NCBI GenBank assembly: GCA_028718635.1
Contig: JAQULK010000001.1
Span: forward strand, 316,692-380,691
Direction of reading: 5' to 3'
From: Minisyncoccota bacterium
GTDB lineage: Bacteria; Patescibacteriota; Minisyncoccia; Phycocordibacterales; UBA9973
DNA length: 64,000 nucleotides
Shown here: positions 51,540-60,446 of the stretch, piece after piece
Layout: each line of letters begins with the position of its first letter
Position numbering within the stretch: position 1 is the stretch's first letter
Program-made: the position numbers and the translations under genes
The notes under the pieces: generated by a model
Told to the model about the DNA's origin: nothing
Seen by the model: only the letters and a program-made list of their open reading frames with translations
Databases searched by the model: none

Positions 51540-52790
51540 ATGGCTAGAGTACTTGTAATAGGTTCTGGAAATGTTGGCAGAGTGGGCTTGCATAAAATGG
51601 CTCAATATCCGGAGATTTTTTCTGACATCCATGTAGTCAGCAGGACCACTAAAAATTCGGAAGCGGTCCAGGCTTCAATTTTAAAGAAAACACGCGGGAA
51701 GGTAAAAATAAATATTCACCAAGGAGATGCAGGGGACAAGAAATTCTTACTAGAGCTTTTCAAAAAAGTCAGGCCTGATATTTTAGTGCATTTTGGGCTG
51801 TCTTACGACAATTTAGTCATTATGGATGTATGTTTGGAAATGGGCGTCCACTACATTGACACCTGTTGTTATGAAGATCCAAAAAAATACGGCTTCTCTT
51901 ATAAATTGCAATTGGCCAAAGATAAAGCTTTCAAAGAAAAAGGATTGCTGGCTGTTACTGGTTTAGGTTTTGCTCCGGGAGTTACAAACATTTTTGCCGC
52001 TTATGCGCGAGATTATATTTTTGATAAAATAGACACTATTGACATTATCGACTGTAACGGTGGTTCTAAAGACAAGAAAATTAAATTTGCTCCGAACTTT
52101 AATCCAGAGATTAATTTACGCGAATTAATTTTACCAATTCATTTTTGGGAAAAAGGGAAGTGGCAGAAACGCGGGCGTTTGATAGATGAAGACGCAGCTT
52201 TCTTTGAATTTGATTTTCCAGAGACTGGCAAATTTACGCCATACTTGATGTATCACGAGGAGTTAGAAACTCTAGTCACTCGCATTCCCCATCTAAAAAG
52301 AGCAAGATTTTGGATGACTTTTTCACCAGTCTACCTTTCATATTTGAGAGTGTTGTTTGATGTTGGAATGACTAGAATTGACCAAGTCGAATACAACGGC
52401 TTTCCGGTTATTCCAGTAAAATTTTTGAAAGCGCTCTTGCCTACAGGTGATGATTTTAATAAAGGTTATAAAGGCAAGACCATCGCTGGGGACATTATTT
52501 CTGGAACCAAAGACGGTAAGAAAAAAGTAGTTTACATCTACAATGTTACTGATCATCACAAGGCCTTTTTAGAAACTGGTGGTAATGGGATAGGGTACAA
52601 TACAGCTGTTCCTACAGTTGCTTGCGCCAAACTAATGCTGGAAGGGAAATGGGCAGGTAGTGGAGTAAAAGTTCCTGAGGATAAAACTCTCGATTCAAAA
52701 ATATTTTTGGAAGAAATGTTCAAGCTCGGTTTGCCTTGGGTCGTTAAAAAAATGAAAGATTTACCAGCGCCTTTAAAAAAGAATTATTAA
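51540..52790 (+). CDS. Carboxy(nor)spermidine dehydrogenase, saccharopine dehydrogenase family; start adjusted to ATG 51540
   Basis: VLVIGSGNVG, GFAPGVTN, DCNGG, NFNPEINLRE, YHEELE, RFWMTF; adjacent to nspC. Confidence 0.92.
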   Translation: MARVLVIGSGNVGRVGLHKMAQYPEIFSDIHVVSRTTKNSEAVQASILKKTRGKVKINIHQGDAGDKKFLLELFKKVRPDILVHFGLSYDNLVIMDVCLEMGVHYIDTCCYEDPKKYGFSYKLQLAKDKAFKEKGLLAVTGLGFAPGVTNIFAAYARDYIFDKIDTIDIIDCNGGSKDKKIKFAPNFNPEINLRELILPIHFWEKGKWQKRGRLIDEDAAFFEFDFPETGKFTPYLMYHEELETLVTRIPHLKRARFWMTFSPVYLSYLRVLFDVGMTRIDQVEYNGFPVIPVKFLKALLPTGDDFNKGYKGKTIAGDIISGTKDGKKKVVYIYNVTDHHKAFLETGGNGIGYNTAVPTVACAKLMLEGKWAGSGVKVPEDKTLDSKIFLEEMFKLGLPWVVKKMKDLPAPLKKNY

Positions 52791-52797
52791 TTAACTT

Positions 52798-52912
52798 TGA
52801 ATTACAAAACATAAACTTTTCTTCGGTACGGATTTTTTGAAGCTTAAAAAATCCTGAAGTTCTCGGCTCGTCAGCCTCGAAACCCCTTCGAAAAGTTATG
52901 TTTCATAATTCA
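52798..52912. repeat. Family C element, copy 3
   Basis: Core nearly identical to 3395-3505. Confidence 0.9.
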
Positions 52913-54165
52913 TGATAAATATCATGTCACATTGCAATCCGGAAGAAAGACAAGTTGAGCCTTGGGTTAACGAAGAAGGTTTTCAAAAATTGAATTTAAA
53001 AAATGTTGAAACTCCTTGCTATATTGTAAGCGAGGGGAATCTTGAGCGTAATTTAAAAATTCTCGAAAAAATACAGAAAGATTTAGGAGTAAAAATTTTA
53101 ATTGCCCTTAAATGCTTTTCGATGTATTCTGTCTTTCCGCTCATAAGAAAATATTTAGCGGGGACAGAAGTGAGTTCAGTAAATGAAGCGCGTCTAGGAT
53201 ATGAAGAATTCGGCAAGGAAAATCATATTTTTTCTCCATCCTACACCGATAAAAATATCAAAGAATATATAAAATACGGCAACCATATATCTTTCAACTC
53301 TTTTTCTCAATGGAACAAGTTCAAAAAAACCATCAAAAATTCCCTCGGTCGTAGCCCTACGGGTGAGACCAAGAAAAAAGTGTCTTGCGGTATCCGAGTA
53401 AATCCAGAACACAGCGAAGGAACCATGCCTATGTATGACCCTTGTGTGCCCCGTTCGCATCTAGGCGTGACTTTAGCGAATTTTGAAACAAATAACATGG
53501 AAGGGATAGAAGGATTGCATTTTCACACTCTTTGTGAAAATGGCGCCGATAAGTTTGCGCGCACTCTGAAAGCTTTTGAAGAAAAGTTTGGAAAATTTTT
53601 AGGAAAGATGAAATGGGTAAATTTCGGAGGCGGGCATCTTCTTACCAATTCCGATTATGACCTTGATTTGCTTTATAAGGTCGTTTCTGATTTTAAAAAA
53701 AGATACCCGCACTTGACGGTCTATTTCGAGCCGGGAGAAGCAGTAGTGATGAATACCGGAGGTCTAGTGGCTTCTGTGATAGACATTTTTAATAACGGAG
53801 TAGATATTGCCGTTCTTGATGTGTCAGCGGCGTGTCATATGCCGGATGTTTTAGAAGTGCCGTATTTGCCGAAAATTGTGGGTGCGAAACCTATAACTGG
53901 TAATTGTAAAATTGAGGGAGAAAAAAATGTTTATAAGCTAGTGGCGCCGACGTGTTTGACTGGAGACGTTATCGGTTTTTATTCTTTTCCTAATAAATTA
54001 AAAATCGGAGACAAGATAATTTTTCTCAATATGGCGATTTATACGATGGTAAAGAATAATACCTTTAATGGAGTCAATTTGCCGAATATCACCAAGATGG
54101 ACAAGAAGGGGAAAATAAAGGTCTTGAAAAGATTTGGGTATGAGGATTTTAAAAGAAGGCTATAG
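52912..54165 (+). CDS. nspC: Carboxy(nor)spermidine decarboxylase; start may be 52924
   Basis: ALKCF, LHFHTLCE, NFGGGH, EPGEA, CHMPDVLE, TCLTGD, YTMVKNNTFNG. Confidence 0.94.
   Translation: MINIMSHCNPEERQVEPWVNEEGFQKLNLKNVETPCYIVSEGNLERNLKILEKIQKDLGVKILIALKCFSMYSVFPLIRKYLAGTEVSSVNEARLGYEEFGKENHIFSPSYTDKNIKEYIKYGNHISFNSFSQWNKFKKTIKNSLGRSPTGETKKKVSCGIRVNPEHSEGTMPMYDPCVPRSHLGVTLANFETNNMEGIEGLHFHTLCENGADKFARTLKAFEEKFGKFLGKMKWVNFGGGHLLTNSDYDLDLLYKVVSDFKKRYPHLTVYFEPGEAVVMNTGGLVASVIDIFNNGVDIAVLDVSAACHMPDVLEVPYLPKIVGAKPITGNCKIEGEKNVYKLVAPTCLTGDVIGFYSFPNKLKIGDKIIFLNMAIYTMVKNNTFNGVNLPNITKMDKKGKIKVLKRFGYEDFKRRL
53342..53368 (+). repeat. Family G element in frame in nspC (LGRSPTGE)
   Basis: CCCTCGGTCGTAGCCCTACGGGTGAGA. 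Confidence 0.75.
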
Positions 54166-54167
54166 AA

Positions 54168-54308
54168 TTTTGAATTACGAAACTTGTCGCAGGCGCAGTT
54201 TTATAGAAGCATTGCGCAGGCTGACGAGCCGAGCATAGCAAAAAATCAGCAGATTTTTATGTGTGCTGATATAAAACTTGTGCCAAGAAAGAGTTTCGTA
54301 ATTCAAAA
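54168..54308. repeat. Family C-related 141-bp hairpin element
   Basis: 17-bp IR TTTTGAATTACGAAACT...AGTTTCGTAATTCAAAA; carries AGGCTGACGAGCCGAG, the reverse complement of the family C motif. Confidence 0.8.
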
Positions 54309-54352
54309 GAACTTCTTATTTACTTTTTTGTATTTTGTACTACAATTAGAGT

Positions 54353-54660
54353 TGGTCCTGCATTTGATAGCTACTCTCTGACTTAGGTCAGAGGGAGGAA
54401 AGTCCGAACACATACTCCGACCTCGCGTCGGAGAAGCGTAGCGGGTAACGCCCGTCGTCCGTAAGGACAGAGTTGCGAACAGTGACGAACCGATTTAGTT
54501 CGGGTGAAACGGCAAAATACTTACGTGTGTGCAAGATCGTGCTCCCCGACCCAGGTCGGGGAGAGAATCGCTTGAGCTTGGGAGTAATTTCAGGCCTAGA
54601 TAAATTGCTATCGTCCGACTTCGGTCGGATCACAAAATTCGGCTTATAAATGCAAGACCA
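54353..54660 (+). ncRNA. rnpB: RNase P RNA
   Basis: GAGGAAAGTCCG and ACAAAATTCGGCTTA P4 strands; P1 TGGTCCTGCATTT/AAATGCAAGACCA; TACAAT -10 upstream. Confidence 0.92.
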
Positions 54661-54667
54661 CAAACAT

Positions 54668-54697
54668 GAAAAATCCTCTCTAACGAGAGGATTTTTC
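54668..54697 (+). terminator. rnpB terminator
   Basis: GAAAAATCCTCTC-TAAC-GAGAGGATTTTTC. Confidence 0.8.
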
Positions 54698-54956
54698 TAT
54701 TTAATTCATAAAAACTTGCATTTTTTTTGCAAGTATGCTATACTGTTCCTTAGTGAGTGTAAGGTTTTATCTTACATTTTTCGTGAACAACATAAGTGCC
54801 GCAAAAAAACGCCGTAAGGTGTTTTTTTGTTTTGTCTTTTGTTTCAGTTAGGGTTGTCCTCGCTAGGTGCATAACTTGCTATAGTCAATTACATGAAAAG
54901 TAGTATAATTGTACTTGAAGACTTTTGCACTAAACAATTTAAAAGGAGGGAAGGAG

Positions 54957-55151
54957 ATGATTCCTCTACAATTTTGCAAGGGAGGTATTTTGTTACAGTG
55001 TAAATACTGTAACAAAATTTATCGTCTTGGAGAAAGGGTAAAGTTAAGCTTAGCTTTGGAATTAAAAGCTAGAGCTAATGGATGTACTTTCATAGAAGAC
55101 GATTGTGGGTGTAGTAAAGATACTGCCACCCTAATCGCTGTATGGAGGTAA
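54957..55151 (+). CDS. Small Cys-rich, possibly Zn-binding protein, 64 aa; start adjusted
   Basis: SD AGGAGG; CKYC...CGC; terminator-like hairpin at 55171-55204. Confidence 0.5.
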   Translation: MIPLQFCKGGILLQCKYCNKIYRLGERVKLSLALELKARANGCTFIEDDCGCSKDTATLIAVWR

Positions 55152-55256
55152 ATCATTCTCAATTTTAGGCAAGGAGTTTGCATTTTTGCACGCTCCTTTT
55201 TTTTCATATAAAGAATTCTAATTTGAGTAAATGCAATTTAATAGTACAATAGTTAT

Positions 55257-56177
55257 ATGCAATGGTTTTTCATAGCTTTAGCCGCACCATTTTTATGGGC
55301 TTTAGTAAATGTAGCTGATAAATATTTAGTCACTAGATTTTCTCACAAAGAAGAAGAACGTAGCTCTGGAGGACTGGTTCTTTTTTCTAGTCTTATTGGT
55401 ATTGTTATTTCTTTTTTAATTTGGATTTTTGTTCCAGATGTATTTAATATTCCAATACTGGATAAATTTTTGCTTTTTATTTGTGGTATTTTGACTATTA
55501 TTTGGATTGTTTTTTATTTATTTGCTTTGGAAATAGAAGAGATTTCTAATGTTGTGCCTTGGTTTCTCTCTGTTCCTATTTTTGGATATATATTAGGTTT
55601 TTTCTTTCTCGGGGAAAAGTTAACATTTAGTCAATTTATTGGATCTGGAATAATTTTTTTAGGTTTGATTTTAATTTCTTTGGATTTTAGTAAAGAAAAA
55701 AAATCTTTTAAACATAAGCCTGTATTTTATATGCTTTTTGCGTGCATAGCTGTAGCTATCTCTGGAGTTATTTTTAAATATGTTACGGTAGGAAATAATT
55801 TTTGGATTTCTTCATTTTGGGAATATTTAGGTTTAGGGGTGTCTGGTTTGTTTATTTTTCTATTTATTCCACATTACAGGAAATCTTTTTTGCATATGAA
55901 TAGAACAGGAGGGTATACGATTTTTATCGTAAATACTGTAAGCGAATTTATGTCAATTATTGGCAACCTTTTAACCAGCTATGCATTGCTTTTAGCCCCC
56001 GTTGCTATGGTATTTTTAGTCGGAAGTTTTCAGCCTGCCATTGTGCTTTTTTTAACTATTTTTACTACTAAATTTTTCCCTGAAATTACAAAAGAAAATT
56101 TAGAAAAACGCATGTTATTGCCTAAAATGGTTGCCATTGCGATTATGATTATCGGGAGTGTGATATTGTTTTTGTAA
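55257..56177 (+). CDS. EamA/DMT-family transporter
   Basis: About 10 TM segments in two repeats; FFLGEKL motif. Confidence 0.85.
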   Translation: MQWFFIALAAPFLWALVNVADKYLVTRFSHKEEERSSGGLVLFSSLIGIVISFLIWIFVPDVFNIPILDKFLLFICGILTIIWIVFYLFALEIEEISNVVPWFLSVPIFGYILGFFFLGEKLTFSQFIGSGIIFLGLILISLDFSKEKKSFKHKPVFYMLFACIAVAISGVIFKYVTVGNNFWISSFWEYLGLGVSGLFIFLFIPHYRKSFLHMNRTGGYTIFIVNTVSEFMSIIGNLLTSYALLLAPVAMVFLVGSFQPAIVLFLTIFTTKFFPEITKENLEKRMLLPKMVAIAIMIIGSVILFL

Positions 56178-56182
56178 TAAAT

Positions 56183-56620
56183 ATGAAAACTATAATTAAC
56201 AAATGGCATTCGATTTTAGATATGCCGAAAAAAGATTTTGAATGGCACAAAGCTGATGTTTTGGAAGAGTTGAAAGAATTTGAGGAGACAAGGGGATTGA
56301 TAAACAAATGGAGCGAATTATCAGATATTGCTTATACATATACCAGAGCGCATTGGTCTGGGTATAAAACTATAGAATATCCTTTAAGTAAAATTAGTTT
56401 TTATTTAGGACTTTTATATATGTTTCCTAAATATTCTCTTCGCTGGAAATTTTATAGAGTTTTAGGGCAGAAAATTGATAAAAACGTAAAAATGACCGAG
56501 GTACGTAATCCTAGAAAGACATGGAAATTAAAACATATTGCCTTAAAATATAATCTAGATGAAGAACAATTTATAAATCAAGCAGAAAAATTAATGAAAA
56601 GGTGGGTGTTTTTGAAATAG
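56183..56620 (+). CDS. Hypothetical protein with a MazG-like acidic motif
   Basis: EELKE...ELSD pattern. Confidence 0.5.
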   Translation: MKTIINKWHSILDMPKKDFEWHKADVLEELKEFEETRGLINKWSELSDIAYTYTRAHWSGYKTIEYPLSKISFYLGLLYMFPKYSLRWKFYRVLGQKIDKNVKMTEVRNPRKTWKLKHIALKYNLDEEQFINQAEKLMKRWVFLK

Positions 56621-56649
56621 AAAGAATCGCTCTTGTTTAAACACCAGAT

Positions 56650-57111
56650 TTATTTCCCCCTTTTTATTTTTGCAGCTAGTTTGGCAAGTTTTACATCATC
56701 AGCTCTTTTGGAATCATGTGAAGAAATATACCCTTCATATTTATCAAAATATTTATTCACTTTTGATTCGATAGGCTTCCATTTTTTTAGGTTTGCAGTT
56801 CCATGCATTGGAAAAAGTTTTGCGTGAACATGATCAACGCCAAAACCTTCGAATACCATAGCGGTCCGACCAACGCCCTTTAATTTTAAATCGAGTAGTT
56901 TTGCGACCTTTTTAGTGGCAAGTAAAAGATCAGTGAGTATTTTGTCCGGTAAATCAAAAGCGTAGCTTGTATAATGAGTTTTTGGAATTACTACAGTAGC
57001 ACCTTCAGTATTTGGAAAAATAGACAAAAAAGCTATATGCTTTTTATCCTCCCAAATTATATGAGCCGGAGCTTCGCCTTTTACAATTTTACAAAATATA
57101 CAATTGTTCAT
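56650..57111 (-). CDS. HIT-family nucleotide hydrolase
   Basis: CIFCKI, VIPKTH, VDHVHAKL (third His replaced by Lys). Confidence 0.88.
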   Translation of the reverse strand: MNNCIFCKIVKGEAPAHIIWEDKKHIAFLSIFPNTEGATVVIPKTHYTSYAFDLPDKILTDLLLATKKVAKLLDLKLKGVGRTAMVFEGFGVDHVHAKLFPMHGTANLKKWKPIESKVNKYFDKYEGYISSHDSKRADDVKLAKLAAKIKRGK

Positions 57112-57243
57112 GTTAAATTTATAGCAAGTTTTTTTGTGAATAGCAAAATATAATGTTATTATCCTCTTATGATAAGCTTATGTACTAACTAGTGTCATTG
57201 TATTGTCTTCGCTAGTCTTAATTAAAAGTAATAATATAAAAAT

Positions 57244-57585
57244 ATGAATATATACAGAATGAAATTAGATCGCGAGCCATTTGAAAAAATAGCAAGTGGT
57301 CAAAAAATAATAGAATCGAGACTTTATGACGAGAAACGCCAATTAATTAAAGTCGGTGATAGTATAGAATTTTATCAGAATGATGATGAAGAGAAAAGAG
57401 TTATAACAAAAGTTAAGTCTTTACATAAATACAAAACATTCAGTGAGTTATTTTCTGCTTTTCCTGTTGAGTATTTTGGGGGGATATCAAAAAAATTTTT
57501 AATTAGGGAAATAAAAAGATTTTATTCAAATGAAGATGAAAAAAAATACGGGGTTGTTGGAATAAAAATAGAGCTTAAAAAATAA
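57244..57585 (+). CDS. ASCH-domain protein
   Basis: FEKIASGQKIIESR (GxKxxExR), GDSIEF. Confidence 0.88.
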   Translation: MNIYRMKLDREPFEKIASGQKIIESRLYDEKRQLIKVGDSIEFYQNDDEEKRVITKVKSLHKYKTFSELFSAFPVEYFGGISKKFLIREIKRFYSNEDEKKYGVVGIKIELKK

Positions 57586-57587
57586 GA

Positions 57588-57617
57588 AAGGAGTCCAGAC
57601 ATGTGTCAGGACTCCTT
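57588..57617. terminator. Hairpin between convergent genes
   Basis: AAGGAGTCC...GGACTCCTT. Confidence 0.65.
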
Positions 57618-57637
57618 CGATTGTTTTGTTTGTTATG

Positions 57638-58990
57638 CTATTTTTTTTGAGTTGGGGTAATATCAAAAACGATGACCCCAAGTTTCTCCTTGTCTTTTGC
57701 GTAGATATTTTTCAATAAATTGAGAACATCTTCACTCGAAGAAGCGTCAGGAGAAATACGTTCGTAAGATTCTTTTGCAAGCATTGCTTCAAAAGTCTGA
57801 TAGTGGCGAACTGCATTTACTCGAACAACACAGCTTGATGTGTGTGTTACCATCCTAATATCTTCACCAGCGTTTATGCGCTTAAGTGAATTATACCCAA
57901 CACGCACCTCAAGAGTTTTTTTACCTGAACTTATAAGATCAAAAAACCTTTTTTTTATTCTCATTGTTTTCATAGTTGTTTCTCCTATATGCAGACTCCA
58001 TTGCTGAGTAATTATGCCTGGGTGGTATGCTGACGGTAATGCTGCATCCAGTTTCCATCCAAGTCTTTGGAGAGAAGTAACTTCATCTGCCGTTGGATTA
58101 ATGTGAATATAAAGTTTGTGTCCGTATGGCACCAGTTGGTAGGGGATATCAATAAGCATGGCTTCAAATGCAACTATGTTCGTCGCAATAAAAGGCATTA
58201 CTTTGATGGGATTTCCCTTTTTAGGTGTTGCACCTGCCACACCTTTCACTCTTCCAGTACTGTCAGTGGCAACATAAATCAATTTGTACTTGGCGTTGAT
58301 ATCAGCTGCGTGCCTACGGCTGTAGCCGTTAAAAAGCGCATTGACCCATTCATCAGTTATTCCTTCAAACGATTCTGGTAGTTTTTCGAGCAACAAGCGC
58401 CCCACTTGTTTTCGAAGTTCTGTATTTGTTTCATCAAATAGTACGACAGAAACATGAAGCTGATCCAGAGAAATAATTTTACTCGTGCTATATAAAGGCT
58501 TATACAGCATGGTTTCAACAACGCCACTCTTATAGTGACTATCTGAACTTCCTGCTCGTATAAATCCTTTGTGAACAAAAAACTGCATCGCTGATTTGTT
58601 TTTTTCTGCTACGGTGCAATATATTTGACGGGAATTTTGACTACGGATGTACTTCTCAGCATATTTTAGAAGTTGGCTACCAATTCCGAATTGACCTTGA
58701 AAGGCAGGGGCAACAATAATAGGGCTTATTTTGTAAGTGGATTGCCTCTTGCCGACTAAGTGAATCATTCCTGCACGTGTGTTATTTGCTTCTATGATGA
58801 ACATACGCTGTTCAAAAGAAAAAAATCCCACATTATCATGGCCACCAGCCATATGAGCATCAAAAATTCTTTTTGCATGAGCACGATGATCTCCACCATA
58901 ATATTGCTCAAGAGAATTATGCATTAGATCAGCGACCCAATCAAAATCATGAATTTGTGCTTCCCTAATCGAGGTGGTAATACTTTTCAT
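57638..58990 (-). CDS. GNAT acetyltransferase(s) fused to a C-terminal ASCH domain; start adjusted to ATG 58990
   Basis: VAPAFQGQFGIGSQLL motif A, N..A..FF...GF; SGKKTLEVR. Confidence 0.8.
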   Translation of the reverse strand: MKSITTSIREAQIHDFDWVADLMHNSLEQYYGGDHRAHAKRIFDAHMAGGHDNVGFFSFEQRMFIIEANNTRAGMIHLVGKRQSTYKISPIIVAPAFQGQFGIGSQLLKYAEKYIRSQNSRQIYCTVAEKNKSAMQFFVHKGFIRAGSSDSHYKSGVVETMLYKPLYSTSKIISLDQLHVSVVLFDETNTELRKQVGRLLLEKLPESFEGITDEWVNALFNGYSRRHAADINAKYKLIYVATDSTGRVKGVAGATPKKGNPIKVMPFIATNIVAFEAMLIDIPYQLVPYGHKLYIHINPTADEVTSLQRLGWKLDAALPSAYHPGIITQQWSLHIGETTMKTMRIKKRFFDLISSGKKTLEVRVGYNSLKRINAGEDIRMVTHTSSCVVRVNAVRHYQTFEAMLAKESYERISPDASSSEDVLNLLKNIYAKDKEKLGVIVFDITPTQKK

Positions 58991-59232
58991 TTCTTCTCCT
59001 TGCTGAGTTGCTATCCTAATATCAGGATATGCGCAACTCAAATTAAATGATTTGTAAATGTGCAAGCTCATCTGTGATACTTGCGTTGATATACCTTTTC
59101 TACCTCCTTTCTTATTTTGTCGAAGAATTTACATCTATATGAAGTCTAGCCTCCTGTTGCCAAAAGTCAAGCTCGTGGTGTAATAATAATCTTTTTAATT
59201 AATTTAATTAATTATTATGTTATAATGAATCT

Positions 59233-59610
59233 ATGTCTGAAGAAGATAAAAAGAGTGATTGGTTTTTGTGGTTGATTGGCATTAGCTGTCTAGTTGCAAT
59301 TCTTGTATCTTTTTATTTTTTTTATTTTAAAAAAGACTATGACTTTATCGTGGAGGTTGCTTGTGATCCATCTGTGGAGATTTGTTTTCAGCGTGATTGT
59401 TCTAATCCTGACGATTGCCCGCCGAATGAACTCTCAGATTTTAAAAGATTTAGCTTGAAAGCTAGTGATTTCAAAATGTGTGAGAATGAAGACTGCGCCA
59501 ATGCCTGTGAAGCTGGAACAATAAAATGCGAACCCATAGAATGTGAAGAAGATGAAGAAATGGGGGAGTCTTGTAGTGTGTTAGAATTACCGGTTGCTGA
59601 AGAAGAATAA
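59233..59610 (+). CDS. Membrane-anchored Cys-rich acidic protein
   Basis: One TM segment, many Cys; TG-TATAAT 6 nt upstream. Confidence 0.75.
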   Translation: MSEEDKKSDWFLWLIGISCLVAILVSFYFFYFKKDYDFIVEVACDPSVEICFQRDCSNPDDCPPNELSDFKRFSLKASDFKMCENEDCANACEAGTIKCEPIECEEDEEMGESCSVLELPVAEEE

Positions 59611-59644
59611 AATTATGATAAAGATTGGTGACTACAATACAATA

Positions 59645-60445
59645 ATGAATGATCGGAATATTTTTAATCAAATTGTCTATACTCCTCTATCTGAAGCATT
59701 ACTGCTTTTAGAGAAAAGAAGAAAAGATCCAGAACTGATGGCGAAGGTTGAGAAATTACTAAAGGGAGATATCCCAGAGGTTTTTAAAAAAGATAAGAAA
59801 TACGCTGTACTTTTTAGACAAATTTCTACACCAGATTACGAAACCAATAGATTTATAGCATTAGCTAAGGAAAATAACTTACACCCAGTTGTTTTTGAAT
59901 ATCATGACGACATATTTTCGCCTGATGATAATCCATTTAAGTATTCATTAGGGATATTGTCTATCCATAAAGGCTCGTGCAAGAAAAATAATACTAACCT
60001 AGTAGAAAATCTTAGGATTGTTGATTTTAATGAACACAGAGGAAATAAACTAAATGAGGTAAAAACGTTATGGTCTGAACCCCTTATTGATTTCCATAAG
60101 TTTTTATTTAATGATCATTTTAAGGATGAAAAAATTATCACTTGGGATGGATCAGGGTGGTTAAAAAGTAAAGGTGCTCATGCACGAGATTATTATAAAT
60201 ATGTTTTTCTTCTTTTTGTTTATCATGGAATAATTTTTGAAAATTTTTTAACATCTAAAGATAGTGGTGGAGATTTCTCTAAAAAAATAGTATTGCCAGC
60301 TATTGAGGAGGTTATGAATATGACAGGAGTGAAGCCCCTTATCGTGCCGATTGAGCCATTTGAAATCGAATTAGATGATTTTTGGACATATCATAGCCTT
60401 AATGTAAAACAATTAATAAAAGATCGTAAAAAAATAAAAAGATAA
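59645..60445 (+). CDS. Hypothetical cytoplasmic protein; start 59645 or 59615
   Basis: Long ORF; TACAAT 6 nt before ATG 59645; abuts the kinase gene. Confidence 0.75.
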   Translation: MNDRNIFNQIVYTPLSEALLLLEKRRKDPELMAKVEKLLKGDIPEVFKKDKKYAVLFRQISTPDYETNRFIALAKENNLHPVVFEYHDDIFSPDDNPFKYSLGILSIHKGSCKKNNTNLVENLRIVDFNEHRGNKLNEVKTLWSEPLIDFHKFLFNDHFKDEKIITWDGSGWLKSKGAHARDYYKYVFLLFVYHGIIFENFLTSKDSGGDFSKKIVLPAIEEVMNMTGVKPLIVPIEPFEIELDDFWTYHSLNVKQLIKDRKKIKR

Positions 60446-60446
60446 T

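Noticed and set aside
54184-54381. 65-aa ORF
   Set aside because: Lies in a palindromic element and the rnpB promoter; no protein features
54388-54663. 91-aa minus-strand ORF
   Set aside because: Antisense shadow of rnpB
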